64,000 nucleotides of DNA from Candidatus Auribacterota bacterium (GTDB lineage Bacteria; Auribacterota; Ancaeobacteria; Ancaeobacterales; Ancaeobacteraceae), in the NCBI GenBank assembly GCA_022711655.1, contig JAKLEM010000001.1:33727-97726 (forward strand). The letters are read 5' to 3'. Below the pieces are notes generated by a model. That model did not search any database, was not told the origin of the DNA, and saw only the letters and a program-made list of their open reading frames with translations. This document shows, piece after piece, positions 17,199-29,103 of the stretch (its first letter is position 1; every line of letters starts with the position of its first letter). Both the position numbers and the translations under genes were made by a program.

Positions 17199-17582
17199 AT
17201 GGCTGCATATAAAATACTGGTGGTCGATGACGAAGTTGATCTCGTCGAGACGCTGAAGTTCAGGCTCGAATGCAAAGGGTACGAGGTTGTGTGCGCGTAC
17301 GACGGCCAGGACGGGCTCGAAAAGGCCTTGTCAGAGAGGCCGGACCTCATCCTTCTCGACGTCATGCTTCCCAAGCATGACGGGTATTACGTGTGCCGCG
17401 AACTGCGGAAAAACACGACCGTTGCGCGCGTCCCGATAGTGATGTTGACCGCCCGTTCGCAGGATGCGGATAAGAAGACAGGCATCGATCAGGGAGCCGA
17501 TGCGTATGTCTCCAAGCCGTTCGAACCGAAATGCCTCATGGAGAAGGTCGAAGAGCTGCTCTCCCGCGCGAAAAAGGATTGA
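17199..17582 (+). CDS. Single-domain response regulator (CheY-like receiver)
   Basis: ILVVDDE, DLILLDVMLP and VSKPF receiver motifs; no output domain. TTGTCT-16-TATAAT promoter upstream. Confidence 0.8.
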   Translation: MAAYKILVVDDEVDLVETLKFRLECKGYEVVCAYDGQDGLEKALSERPDLILLDVMLPKHDGYYVCRELRKNTTVARVPIVMLTARSQDADKKTGIDQGADAYVSKPFEPKCLMEKVEELLSRAKKD

Positions 17583-17663
17583 GTTATCCCCCGCGTTTTC
17601 AGCAGGTCCCCGGTGAAAAGACCTGATATTGACTTCCTGCCGGACTGTCGTATCTTGTGCGGA

Positions 17664-18014
17664 TCACTTTTTCGGGGCTTTTTCCGCCACACCGAACGTG
17701 TCGATCATCCCCTCGCGCAGCGAATTCAGCGGGCGCATGAACTCGCCGGCGACCCACGACGCCCCGCCGCCGACGCCTCGGGCGGCCGAGCCCGCGGCGG
17801 ACGCAGCCGTCGCGCCGAAGACCTTCGTTCCCGTTACCGCCTGTTTGACCATCCCCTCCGGATTCTTCTTCGGCGGCGGCGCCGGATTGCTCTTGACGTC
17901 AAAGACGGAATCGAAAGGCTTGTCCTCGACGACCGTCGTCGTGGTCGTGCAGCCGGATACGGCCAGCGCCGCCGCGGCGATGAGGATGTGAAGCGTATGT
18001 GAAATACCGCGCAT
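17664..18014 (-). CDS. Small lipoprotein of unknown function
   Basis: Lipobox AVSGC after the signal peptide; Thr/Pro/Gly/Ala-rich. Confidence 0.45.
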   Translation of the reverse strand: MRGISHTLHILIAAAALAVSGCTTTTTVVEDKPFDSVFDVKSNPAPPPKKNPEGMVKQAVTGTKVFGATAASAAGSAARGVGGGASWVAGEFMRPLNSLREGMIDTFGVAEKAPKK

Positions 18015-18160
18015 GGATGGAGTCCCTCTTTATAATATGGTTGACTTCCCCGTATCGTTGCCTATAATAATTTATCTGTAATAAAAGTGAAACGGTTATT
18101 CGTTTTCATTTCCGACTGTGCGGCGGCCGCTCGGCCGATCCTGACGCAGTTCGAACCTAA

Positions 18161-19474
<1,314 letters not shown>

Positions 19475-19637
19475 ACGGTGCGAAACGGCGGAAGCTCGGT
19501 CATCCTCCGCCAGAGTGTAGGACCCGTCTGCTGCGTTGCCGGCACGCTGCCGCGGTCGTGTGCGGGCGCGTTGCGTCTGAACCGTGCTGCGCCGTTTTGA
19601 AAGTAATTCCGCCCGATGGGTGAAAGTGTAATGACGC

Positions 19638-19961
19638 ATGAAGTATCTGCGGAATATTGTCTGGGTTGTCCTTGTCCTGGCGGCGGGCCTGTCCTTCGTA
19701 TATCTGTTCGTGCCCGATGCCGCGAAGTACCTTGACCTGGCGTCGCGGGAGAAGAAACTGACCGAGCGGATCGACGAGGAGGAACGTAAGAACACGGCGT
19801 ACACCAAAGAGGTCAATGACCTCGAGAAAAACCCGGTCTACATAGAGAAGGTTGCGCGGGAGAAACTGGGCCTGTCGCGTCCCGAGGAGATCATCTACAA
19901 GTTCAATAAGGGGAGCGAGCCGGCCGCTGCGCCGGCGAAGCAGGAAGAAAGCAAGCGCTGA
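19638..19961 (+). CDS. ftsB: Septum formation initiator FtsB/DivIC-like
   Basis: Single N-terminal TM plus a coiled-coil; ~107 aa; conserved eno-ftsB synteny. Confidence 0.55.
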   Translation: MKYLRNIVWVVLVLAAGLSFVYLFVPDAAKYLDLASREKKLTERIDEEERKNTAYTKEVNDLEKNPVYIEKVAREKLGLSRPEEIIYKFNKGSEPAAAPAKQEESKR

Positions 19962-19983
19962 CACTCGGCATGGTGGAATACGC

Positions 19984-20916
19984 ATGAAGAATTCGCTGAA
20001 AAATTCGATAAAGGAAGCGATCAGCGGATACTGTTTCATCATGCCCAACTTCATCGGCTTCATGATCTTCACCTTTCTGCCGATTATAGCCTCGTTTTTC
20101 ATAGCCTTCATGCATTGGGACCTCATCACGCCCCCGCAGTTCGCCGGCCTTCATAACTTTGTCAGCCTGCTCGGGTTCCATCGCGAGGGCGGCAGTATGG
20201 TCCCGAACGATCCCGACTTCTGGAAATTTCTCGGTAACACCTGCTTTTTGATGCTCGGCATACCTCTCAATATGGCGGCGTCGCTGCTGATAGCGCTGAT
20301 CATGAATAAGAAACTCAAGGGGATCGTCTTCTTTAGGACGATCTATTTCCTGCCGTCGATCTGTGCGGGCGTTGCAATTTATATGCTGTGGCAGTGGATC
20401 TATAACCCCGATTTCGGACTGCTCAATACCCTGATCCGCAAGCTGTCGTTCGGCGTCTTCAACGGGCCGCAGTGGCTGACCAGCACGCAGTGGGCGAAGC
20501 CGGCGCTGATCCTGATGGGCGTCTGGACCGAGATGGGCGGCTACAATATGATCCTGTACCTTGCCGGCCTGCAGGGGATCCCCCCGGAGTTGTACGAGGC
20601 GGCAGATATCGACGGCGCCTCGCCGTGGCAGAAATTCTGGAACATCACCTGGCCGATGCTGACCCCGACGACGTTTTTCATTTTTGTGATGAGCATGATC
20701 GGCGGGTTCCAGGGCGGGTTCCAGCAGGCGTATATCATGACCGGCGGCGGTCCGGCGGGATCGACCACGACGATCGAGTACTATATCTTCAATAACGTCT
20801 ATGTCTGGCAGCACATGGGGTATGCCGCGGCGATCGCCTGGGTGCTGTTCGCCGTGATCTTTGTCGTCAATCTCGTTATATGGAAATACGGCGGGAAGGT
20901 AATACATTATATATAG
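19984..20916 (+). CDS. ABC transporter permease (carbohydrate, MalF/UgpA-like)
   Basis: Six TM helices and an EAA-type loop (YEAADIDGASPWQKFWNITWP). Start re-derived at MKNSLK (19984). Confidence 0.8.
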   Translation: MKNSLKNSIKEAISGYCFIMPNFIGFMIFTFLPIIASFFIAFMHWDLITPPQFAGLHNFVSLLGFHREGGSMVPNDPDFWKFLGNTCFLMLGIPLNMAASLLIALIMNKKLKGIVFFRTIYFLPSICAGVAIYMLWQWIYNPDFGLLNTLIRKLSFGVFNGPQWLTSTQWAKPALILMGVWTEMGGYNMILYLAGLQGIPPELYEAADIDGASPWQKFWNITWPMLTPTTFFIFVMSMIGGFQGGFQQAYIMTGGGPAGSTTTIEYYIFNNVYVWQHMGYAAAIAWVLFAVIFVVNLVIWKYGGKVIHYI

Positions 20917-20946
20917 GCAGCGAAAAGACGGCGGGGCGCAGCGATT

Positions 20947-22062
20947 ATGAACGCGTATATTAAAGACATTCCGGTCAACGACATGCTCCGGAAAGATGCG
21001 ATGAACCGGTTCATGAGGGATCTGCTGACGTATATCCTGCTGTCAATCTTCGGGATATCGATGCTGGTGCCTTTCTTATGGATGGTATCGACGTCGCTCA
21101 AGGACACCGGCGCTATTTTTACCTTTCCCCCGCAGTGGATACCGGCTGAGACGACCTGGTACGCATCCTCGGACGGCGGGCGCTGCGCGGTGCGTCCGCT
21201 GGGCGACCAGGGCATGGATCGGGTAAAGGTCAAGATCATCGAGGGATCCAGGAAAGACGAGATCGTCGTCGTTTTGAAGAGCGCCGTCACGAAGGAATGG
21301 AAGGTCAAGGTCATGTGGCGCAACTATGCGCGGGCGTGGAAGGCGATCCCGTTCGGCCGGGGGTACATCAATTCGCTGCTGATCACCTTGTGCGTCACGA
21401 TCGGTCAGGTCCTTACCAGCTCGCTGGCTGCATACGCCTTTGCACGCCTCAGGTTCCCCATGAGAGATTATCTTTTCATGGGGTATCTTTCGACGATGAT
21501 GATCCCCGGGGTCGTGACCCTGATCCCTGTCTTTGTCATATTCAAGGTAATGCCCGATATGCTGAACACGCTGTTCCATACATCGTTCTGGACAACCGAC
21601 CTTTACCTGGGCAACTTTTACGTGGGCAAGCCGGTCGGTATCGACTCGTATTTCGCGCTGATCATGCCGGGGCTCTTTTCGGCGTACGGGACGTTCATGC
21701 TGCGGCAGTTCTTCATGAGCATACCCGAAGACCTCGAGGACGCGGCGAAGATCGACGGCTGCAGCCTCTTCGGCATCTACCTGCGGATCATCCTGCCCCT
21801 GTCCAAGCCGGCGCTGGCGACGCTCGTCACCTTCACGTTCATGGGGCAGTGGAAGAATTTCATGTGGCCGCTCATCGTCGCCAACAGCGAAGAGATGATG
21901 CCGCTGCCGGTGCTGCTTGCCTCGTTCAAGGGGCTCTACAGCACCGACTGGTCGCTCTTGATGGCCGGCGGTATCATCGTGCTCGTGCCGATGATCGTCG
22001 TTTTCATCGCTTCTCAGAAATATTTTGTCGAAGGGATACAGCTGGGCGCGCTCAAAGGCTGA
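20947..22062 (+). CDS. ABC transporter permease (MalG/UgpE-like) with a ~100 aa periplasmic insertion
   Basis: EAA loop (EDAAKIDGCSLFGIYLRIILP). Extra extracytoplasmic domain between TM1 and TM2. Confidence 0.8.
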   Translation: MNAYIKDIPVNDMLRKDAMNRFMRDLLTYILLSIFGISMLVPFLWMVSTSLKDTGAIFTFPPQWIPAETTWYASSDGGRCAVRPLGDQGMDRVKVKIIEGSRKDEIVVVLKSAVTKEWKVKVMWRNYARAWKAIPFGRGYINSLLITLCVTIGQVLTSSLAAYAFARLRFPMRDYLFMGYLSTMMIPGVVTLIPVFVIFKVMPDMLNTLFHTSFWTTDLYLGNFYVGKPVGIDSYFALIMPGLFSAYGTFMLRQFFMSIPEDLEDAAKIDGCSLFGIYLRIILPLSKPALATLVTFTFMGQWKNFMWPLIVANSEEMMPLPVLLASFKGLYSTDWSLLMAGGIIVLVPMIVVFIASQKYFVEGIQLGALKG

Positions 22063-22135
22063 TCGTTTTTTTTGTTTCTACTTGACGGTTTCGGCCTTTT
22101 ATGAGAAAATCTTCTAAACAAAAAAGGAGTTGTCT

Positions 22136-23974
22136 ATGAAAAAATGGGTTGGAGTGTTGGTTGCTGTCTTGGTAGCCGCTCTTGTTGTCTATATGCTTGT
22201 CCCGAAAAAGAAGTTCGTGAGCGAAGGTGTGGGCCTGGAGAACCTGATACCGAGCAGCGCGGTTGCGTACTACTCGGTCCGGGATGTTCAGGGGACCTGG
22301 GGCGCGATCAAGGACTCAAACTTCTGGAAGCAGCTCTCGGCTCTCCCGCTCTGGAAAGAACTGAAAACGCAGGAGAACCTTGCGGCCTTTTCCAAGGCGA
22401 TGAGCGACAGCCTCGGCTTTGAGCTTACCGAAAGCCGGCTGATGGACGTCATCGGCCAGGAGGCGGCGCTTGCGGTCGTCGTCGGCGCGCGCAACGATAC
22501 GGAGCCCAAGGTGCTCCTGCTGACCAAGACCGGCCCGCGGACCAAGATCGCGGAGACCGCGGCGAAGCTTGTCGACAAGGTCAAGGGTTCGGGAGCGACG
22601 ACAATCGAGACGTGGAGCTACGGTTCCGTGACGTTGACCAACGTCAAGAGCGCGGACCCGACCGCCCCTGAGCTCAATTACGTGTTTTTGGACAATATCC
22701 TCGCGCTGGGGATCGGCAATACCAAAGAGGTCCTGCAGCAGGTTGTCGACCTTTCGCAGGGGAAATCCAAGGAATCGATATCGTACAGCGAAGGATATCA
22801 GAAGCTCATGTCCCTCGAAAAACGCGCCGGCTCGCGCGTGGTCGGCAAGTTCTACATGGATTTCGAGAAGATCACCCAGACCGTGGGCGGCGTCAATCTG
22901 CCTGTTCCCGGGGCCGCAGCCGCGAACGTGGCGGCTCCTCTCTCGATGCTGAAGAGCATCGGCGGCGTAACGTGGATGGACAACGGGCTGAACACGAAGA
23001 TCTTCGTTATCCCGAATCGTGCGAACATGGACGAAACGACCCGGACTTTATGGGACGTGAAGCCGCAGAAGGCGAAGTCCCTCGAGCTGATCCCCGACGG
23101 GACGGTCCTCTACAGCGTTTCCAATTCGCTTGACGTCGCAGGGCTGTGGAAGATCTGGCAGTCGAACCTTGCCAAGCAGGCACCCGAGCAGGCCAAGGCG
23201 ATCAACGATGCTGTCGCCGAGGCGGAAAAGAATATGGGGATGTCGATCGAAGGGGATATACTTTCATGGATAGGGGACGAGATCGCCTATACATTCAATG
23301 AAGTGAATGTCGAAGGCGTCTTCCCGATCCCGAAGATGGCGCTGATCGTGAAGGTGAAAGACGAAGCAAAGGCGAAAGCGTTCCTGGATAAGCTCGTCGA
23401 GCTGATCAACAAGCAGGGTGCGACTCCTCCGCCTGCGCCGGCCGCCGGCGAGACGGCAGCCGCTCCGGCTCCCGCGCTGCAGCTTAAATTGGACAAATCG
23501 AACTATGACGGCGTCGAAATAAGCTCGATGAACCTCCCGTTGGTGGGCAAGGGGCTCGCCCCGGGGTATGCCTTTGTGAACGGCTACCTTGTCATCGCGA
23601 CCGGAGCGACGATGCTCGAGAAGATGGTCGATGTGACAAAAGGAAAGGCGAACGCGCTTGCCAACGATCCGTCGTTCAAGAAGGTCTCCGCGGTTATCGG
23701 CGGAGAAGTGAACCAGCTCGGATATATCAATACGGAGAAAATGTTCGATGTCGCCGTCGATATCTGCAACTGGGTGGTTTCATTCCAGCAGATGAACCTC
23801 CCGGGAACGCCGCTGGCGCCCGCGCAGGCCGAGGCGACCAAGAAGATCCTGACGGATACGGTCATACCGATACTCAAGTGCCTCAAGACGGTGAAGGTGG
23901 TCGGCATCAGCACCGTTTATTCGAAGGATGGTATCGAGCAGGATATCGTGACCCGTATCGAGGATATCAAGTAA
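22136..23974 (+). CDS. Membrane-anchored periplasmic protein of unknown function (DUF3352-like?)
   Basis: N-terminal TM anchor, then a ~590 aa soluble domain with no recognisable catalytic motif. AAGGAG RBS; ATG at 22136. Confidence 0.45.
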   Translation: MKKWVGVLVAVLVAALVVYMLVPKKKFVSEGVGLENLIPSSAVAYYSVRDVQGTWGAIKDSNFWKQLSALPLWKELKTQENLAAFSKAMSDSLGFELTESRLMDVIGQEAALAVVVGARNDTEPKVLLLTKTGPRTKIAETAAKLVDKVKGSGATTIETWSYGSVTLTNVKSADPTAPELNYVFLDNILALGIGNTKEVLQQVVDLSQGKSKESISYSEGYQKLMSLEKRAGSRVVGKFYMDFEKITQTVGGVNLPVPGAAAANVAAPLSMLKSIGGVTWMDNGLNTKIFVIPNRANMDETTRTLWDVKPQKAKSLELIPDGTVLYSVSNSLDVAGLWKIWQSNLAKQAPEQAKAINDAVAEAEKNMGMSIEGDILSWIGDEIAYTFNEVNVEGVFPIPKMALIVKVKDEAKAKAFLDKLVELINKQGATPPPAPAAGETAAAPAPALQLKLDKSNYDGVEISSMNLPLVGKGLAPGYAFVNGYLVIATGATMLEKMVDVTKGKANALANDPSFKKVSAVIGGEVNQLGYINTEKMFDVAVDICNWVVSFQQMNLPGTPLAPAQAEATKKILTDTVIPILKCLKTVKVVGISTVYSKDGIEQDIVTRIEDIK

Positions 23975-23996
23975 TACAGAGGTTTTATAGCGATCG

Positions 23997-24035
23997 GAGA
24001 ACAGCCATCCTGAACGGATGGCTGTTCTCTTTATG
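23997..24035 (+). terminator. Rho-independent terminator
   Basis: GAGAACAGCCATCC-TGAAC-GGATGGCTGTTCTC followed by TTTAT. Confidence 0.6.
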
Positions 24036-24195
24036 CTCCTTTTTATTTACTTTTCGCCGATGACGCGCTATTATCTCATCCGCGCATGTTCTGAGCGCTG
24101 CACGGCATGCCTCATAAGCCGGCATCGTGTCGATTCAGAGGTCGCGTAACAGGTCTCTCGGGAAGGGCCACGCTCATACAACGCTGAGGGTTATC

Positions 24196-27100
24196 ATGTA
24201 TAAAAAATTATTTATAGTCTCACTGGTGGTGCTTGTCGCGTCTGTCGGCGCTTCGCGCTTCTTTATCGGTGCGCAGCAAAAAGGGGCGCTTGAATCCTGC
24301 GACGCGATGATCGCCCAGGGGAAGTACGAAGAGGCGAAGGTCCTCATTACGCAGCTTGCCGCGGCAAAACCGGGCGATGCCTCTCTCGGAGTGCGGCTTG
24401 CAGCGGTGTTCGACGGTCTCGGCAGCAGCGCGGAGGCGCTGGCAGAGGCTCAGAAAGTACTCTCCAAAGATCCGGCGAATGCACAGGCGCTTTTCATTTC
24501 CGCCCAGGTTCTCAGGAAGCAGGGTAAGAACGACGAAGCGGCGGCGCAGTACGAGGCGCTGCTTAAGATCGATCAGGGGAATGCCGCCGCCCACGCAGGA
24601 AAGGGATGGGTAGGGATCGCCAAGGGCGATTTCGCCGGTGCTGCGGCCGATTTTGACAAGGCGCTTGCCATAAACGCTGACATGGGGGACGCGCTTGGCG
24701 GCAAGGCGATCTCCCTGCAGAAGCAGGGTAAAGGGGCGGAAGCGGTGAAGGTTTTTCAGGATGCGCTTACGAAGCTGCCTGATAACGTGCCGATCCTGGT
24801 TTCATACGGGAGGCTTCTCGATGAGACCGGCAAACCGTCAGAGGCGCGGGGCATGTTCGATAAGGCGCTTAAGGCGGACCCCCAGTCTATAGACGGGACC
24901 GTCGGCATGGCGGGAACGCTTCGCAAGCTCGGCAAGCTGGCTGATGCGGCGCAGCTCGTTGCTGCGGCGTCGGAAAAGATGCCGAATAATGCGCAGATCG
25001 CCCTGGCTTTGGCGGGGGTCTGCCGTGACCAGAAGAGATATGACGAGGCGCTGAAGGCCGGCGAGAAAGCGCTTTCGATCGAACCGGGCAACCTCGCTGT
25101 ATTGGCAGAGTTGGGCCAGACCTGCATCGACAAAGGCGCGTACGATGATGCCGTGAAGTACTTCCAGCAGATCACCGACAAGGATGCTAATAACCTTGCC
25201 GGGTATATCGGCCGTGGTTCGACGCTTTTCAAGCAGGGTGATGTCGAGAAAGGGCTCGAGGAGTTCAAGAAGGGGCTTGCCATACAGCCGAAGAGCGTAG
25301 AACTCTATTACGCGCTGGGTCGCGCATATATCGACAGGAATATGTTCTATGAGGGGATCCAGGAGCTGCAGAAGATATTCGAATTCAGCCCCAAGGAGCG
25401 GCTGATCCATTATACTGTCGGGCTCGGCTTCCTCAAGGGCGGGTTCGGCGATGTCGCCGTCGAGGAGTTCAAGGCAGAGCTGGCCTTGGACCCGGCTCAC
25501 GCGCCGTCTCATTTCAACCTCGGGTTGGCGTACGCGAAGGCCGGCAACGTCGACGAAGCGGTGAAAGAGTACAATAAGGCGCTCGATATCGACCCGACAC
25601 TGTTTGACGCCCGGTACAATCTCGCGCTGCTCGACGCGAAGAACAACCGGGTCGACCAGGCGATAAAAGGTTTTGAGAAGATCCTGGAGATCAGTCCGAG
25701 CGATGCGTCGTCGCTGTACAACCTCGGCCTTCTGTATGCGAAATCCAACAAGGCGGACAAGGCTGTCGATACGTTCAAGCAGTTGATCGCGATCGACGAC
25801 AAGAATATCGATGCCAGGGACAACCTGGCGACGATCTATGAGAGCAAAGGGCAGTTCGATGACGCGATAGCGCAGTATCAAGCGATACTCGCTTTGCCGG
25901 GACTTGAAGCCGCAGACGGGGTTAATAACGATCTGGGCATGATTCTGGTTAAGAAGGGCGATATCGCCGGGGCGAAAAACGCATTCCAGAAGGCGGCGGA
26001 GATCAACCCGAAGAACGTTCAGGCGTATGTCAATCTCGGTCTGGCCAGCGAGTACAACGGCAGCGGCGAGCGCTACGGCGCAGGGTTTGACGCCCAGGCG
26101 TGCATCGGCTGGTATCAGAAAGCGCTGGCGATAGACCCGAACAACGCCCAGGCCGCGGAAAGCCTGAAAACTGTGACGGCGAAGTCCGGCGTCGCTGCGC
26201 CGGGGACGGCGCAGGGGCCGCTGGTCGACGACAACGCGACCAAAGCGAAGGAAAGCGTCATTGCCGGAGAGATGTACTACAACCAGGGAAACCTCGAGCA
26301 GGCGCGCGCTGAGTGGAGCAAAGGCCTTGCGCTAGACCCGGCCAACGAACAGATCAAGAAGAACCTCGCGATGATCGACGACCTGCAGAAGCGCGACATG
26401 CAGCAGGTCGCTCAGGAGAAGGACGCGCAGCGGGCAGCGGCGGAACAGGAGAAGAACGAAGCTCAGAAGAGGATCGATATCGCCAGGCTGCTTGAGTCGG
26501 GGCAGTCGGCGTCAAATGCCGGCGACTACGCGAAGGCCCTCGATGAATGGCAGAAAGCGCTCGCCCTGGATCCCGCCAACGAGATCGCAAAGGCGAACAT
26601 ACAGCGGGCGCAGGAAATGCTCGCTCAGCCGGCGCCTGCTGCGGCTGAAGCCGGGGTCGATAAAGAGAAAGCATTGCAGGCTCAGGAGATAGGCAAGCAT
26701 CTGTCGACGGCGCGCATCTATTTCGAGGAAGGATACGTCAACGAGGCGATCCAGACGTGGCAAAAGGTGCTCGAGCTCGATCCGGAGAACGCGGAAGCGA
26801 AGAAGGGTATCGACGATGCGCAGGCCAAGGCGGCGGCTCCTGCGGCCGCAGAAGCCCCTTCCGCAGCGGCCTCTGCAACGACGCCTGCCGCGGCAGGCGC
26901 GCCCCAGCAGGAAGTCGAGTTGTCGCCGCTCCAAAAGAAGCTGAACGCGCAGCGCATCGCGGACGCGATGTCGACGGCCGATGTGCTCGTCAAGGTAGGC
27001 GATTTCGAGGGAGCGGTAAAGGAATATGAAAATGTCCTTGCGATAGAGCCGAACAATCAGCTCGCCAAACAGCGTATTCAGGAAGCCCGCGAAGGTAAAG

Positions 27101-27582
27101 GCATCGCGCAGGAGAAGAAACTGCAGATGGACGACATGAAGCGTTTCGAGCAGGACAAGGCTGCGGCGGAGCGTGAGAAGGGGAAAATGATCGCGGAATA
27201 CCTGACCACCGGCGAGGTGAAGTTCAACCAGGGACAGTTCGAGGCGGCGGTCGCCGCGTGGAACAACATCATCGCGATCGATCCGACGCATCGGATAGCG
27301 CGCAAGAAGATAGCCGAGGCGAAGGAGCTGCAGATCGCGCAGGAGAACAGGAAGAAACGCGAGACGGAAGCCAAGGAATTCGCCAAGCAGAAGGCGCTGC
27401 TCCGGATCCAGGAGGCGCAGGTCAAGCGGAAGAAGGAGGGTCCCGCGGTTGCACAGAAAACCGGCGGGAAGAAGAAGATGCACGTCGCGAAGAAGCGTGA
27501 CGCGTTCCTTGACGAGAAATACCTTGAAGAGACGCTGGGGAGTATCACCGGAGACGATGAAGGCGGATTGCCTGAGGAATAG
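24196..27582 (+). CDS. Large membrane-anchored TPR-repeat protein with a Lys/Glu-rich coiled-coil C-terminus
   Basis: N-terminal TM, about 20 TPR units (AxxxxxLG, YxxxG patterns throughout), charged C-terminal coiled-coil segments. Start at 24196 (MYKKLF). Confidence 0.7.
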   Translation: MYKKLFIVSLVVLVASVGASRFFIGAQQKGALESCDAMIAQGKYEEAKVLITQLAAAKPGDASLGVRLAAVFDGLGSSAEALAEAQKVLSKDPANAQALFISAQVLRKQGKNDEAAAQYEALLKIDQGNAAAHAGKGWVGIAKGDFAGAAADFDKALAINADMGDALGGKAISLQKQGKGAEAVKVFQDALTKLPDNVPILVSYGRLLDETGKPSEARGMFDKALKADPQSIDGTVGMAGTLRKLGKLADAAQLVAAASEKMPNNAQIALALAGVCRDQKRYDEALKAGEKALSIEPGNLAVLAELGQTCIDKGAYDDAVKYFQQITDKDANNLAGYIGRGSTLFKQGDVEKGLEEFKKGLAIQPKSVELYYALGRAYIDRNMFYEGIQELQKIFEFSPKERLIHYTVGLGFLKGGFGDVAVEEFKAELALDPAHAPSHFNLGLAYAKAGNVDEAVKEYNKALDIDPTLFDARYNLALLDAKNNRVDQAIKGFEKILEISPSDASSLYNLGLLYAKSNKADKAVDTFKQLIAIDDKNIDARDNLATIYESKGQFDDAIAQYQAILALPGLEAADGVNNDLGMILVKKGDIAGAKNAFQKAAEINPKNVQAYVNLGLASEYNGSGERYGAGFDAQACIGWYQKALAIDPNNAQAAESLKTVTAKSGVAAPGTAQGPLVDDNATKAKESVIAGEMYYNQGNLEQARAEWSKGLALDPANEQIKKNLAMIDDLQKRDMQQVAQEKDAQRAAAEQEKNEAQKRIDIARLLESGQSASNAGDYAKALDEWQKALALDPANEIAKANIQRAQEMLAQPAPAAAEAGVDKEKALQAQEIGKHLSTARIYFEEGYVNEAIQTWQKVLELDPENAEAKKGIDDAQAKAAAPAAAEAPSAAASATTPAAAGAPQQEVELSPLQKKLNAQRIADAMSTADVLVKVGDFEGAVKEYENVLAIEPNNQLAKQRIQEAREGKGIAQEKKLQMDDMKRFEQDKAAAEREKGKMIAEYLTTGEVKFNQGQFEAAVAAWNNIIAIDPTHRIARKKIAEAKELQIAQENRKKRETEAKEFAKQKALLRIQEAQVKRKKEGPAVAQKTGGKKKMHVAKKRDAFLDEKYLEETLGSITGDDEGGLPEE

Positions 27583-27603
27583 AGAACAACAGAAAGACGG
27601 AGG

Positions 27604-29055
27604 ATGATCATGAAGCGATTCTTCTTTGTGTGTCTGTGTGCTGTGGCAGTGATCCTTTCGCCGCTCGGTCATGCGCGCAGCGCCGCCCATGCCCAGGAGG
27701 CGCAGAAGGCGAAGAACGTGATCCTGGTCCTGCCCGACGGGCTCGGCTTCGGCGGCCTGACGCTGCTGATCAACTATTCGTACCTCTACAAGAAGCAGCC
27801 GCTGGCCATCAACCAGCTCATGGAGCAGGGCAACACCGGCTATTGCCTGACCACGCCGATGAAGTACGTCGTTCCCGAGGGGTCGTCCGGCATCACGGAG
27901 ATCGCGACGGGGGTCAAGACCGACCTGCTGCGCGTGTCGGTCGACGATAAGGACAACAAGCTCACGACGATCGCCGAGCTGGCGAAAGAGAAGGGCCGCT
28001 CGGTCGGCATCGTGACGTCGCACCGCGTGTCGCACTATACGACCGGCGCGTTCAACGCGCACGTCAAGACCAGGGCGATGGAGAACGACATTGCGTCGCA
28101 GCTCGCAGACGCGGACGTCGACGTCCTGCTGGGCGGCGGCATCAGGAACTGGATCCCCAAAGGCAAGAAGGCGTCGGACGTGGCTGCGCTGTCCGAAAAC
28201 TGCGGCGCGAACGAGCAGTCGGCACGCGCAGATGACGCCGACCTGATCGCCAGGGCGGCGGCCCGCGGCTATCAGCTGGCTTTTACGCAGGCCGACCTCG
28301 ACAAGGTGGCCGGCGGGAAGGTCCTCGGCCTCTTCGCGGGCAGCTCGTTCCCGTTCGTCATCGACCTGCGGAGCGCGAAGGAGACATCGGCGCCCTCGCT
28401 TGCACAGATGACGGCGAAAGCGATCGACCTGCTTAAGGGTAACGAAAAGGGATTCTTCCTCGTGGTCGCGGAAGGCGGCATCGATCAGCTGCTCCACGAG
28501 AACGACCCGGCCGGCGTCCTCGCCCAGCTGGTGGCGTTCGACGAGGCGGTCAAGGTCATCGCCGATTTCGCGGCGCAGGCGCCGGATACCCTCGTGGTCG
28601 TCGCCTCGAGCCACGACGTTGGCGGCGTGACGTTCTCGGCGCGCGAGGACAAGACGCTCGCCATCGAGAACGATTTCGGGTCGCCGCAGGACTTCGGCAA
28701 GCTTGACATGCAGCGCAAGTCGTCCCACGCGCTGCTCCAGGAGATGGGGAAGGACCCCTCCAGCTTGAAGATCAAGCAGGTGATATCCGACTCGACCGCC
28801 TATGACCTGACCAACGAGGAGGCGATGTGGATCAAGGTGTTCCCCGCGGACGCATTCTTCCCGAAGTACATGGGGTATCCGTACGGCGCACTTGGTAAAA
28901 TTATCGGCAAGAAGACCGGGATCGTGTGGGCTAGCCAGTACCATACGGCGCTCATGACCCCGCTGTTCGGTATGGGGCCGGGTTCTGACGGCCTGAAGGG
29001 TATAAAGAGCACGACCGATATATTCGGCGTGATGAAGAAGGCGATAGAAGAGTAG
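27604..29055 (+). CDS. Alkaline phosphatase (PhoA family)
   Basis: Signal peptide. VILVLPDGLG and the active-site region VTSHRVSHYTTGAF, which contains the catalytic Ser; metal-ligand motifs. Confidence 0.8.
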   Translation: MIMKRFFFVCLCAVAVILSPLGHARSAAHAQEAQKAKNVILVLPDGLGFGGLTLLINYSYLYKKQPLAINQLMEQGNTGYCLTTPMKYVVPEGSSGITEIATGVKTDLLRVSVDDKDNKLTTIAELAKEKGRSVGIVTSHRVSHYTTGAFNAHVKTRAMENDIASQLADADVDVLLGGGIRNWIPKGKKASDVAALSENCGANEQSARADDADLIARAAARGYQLAFTQADLDKVAGGKVLGLFAGSSFPFVIDLRSAKETSAPSLAQMTAKAIDLLKGNEKGFFLVVAEGGIDQLLHENDPAGVLAQLVAFDEAVKVIADFAAQAPDTLVVVASSHDVGGVTFSAREDKTLAIENDFGSPQDFGKLDMQRKSSHALLQEMGKDPSSLKIKQVISDSTAYDLTNEEAMWIKVFPADAFFPKYMGYPYGALGKIIGKKTGIVWASQYHTALMTPLFGMGPGSDGLKGIKSTTDIFGVMKKAIEE

Positions 29056-29083
29056 CGGCGCACGGCGCGATCGTACTATTTTT

Positions 29084-29099
29084 TGGATGGGTACATGCT
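29084..29099 (+). promoter_or_regulatory. Possible sigma-54 -24/-12 element upstream of the kdp leader
   Basis: TGGATGGGTACATGCT with GG-N10-GC spacing, immediately 5' of the riboswitch; 8 of 12 consensus positions match. Confidence 0.25.
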
Positions 29100-29103
29100 T
29101 AAT

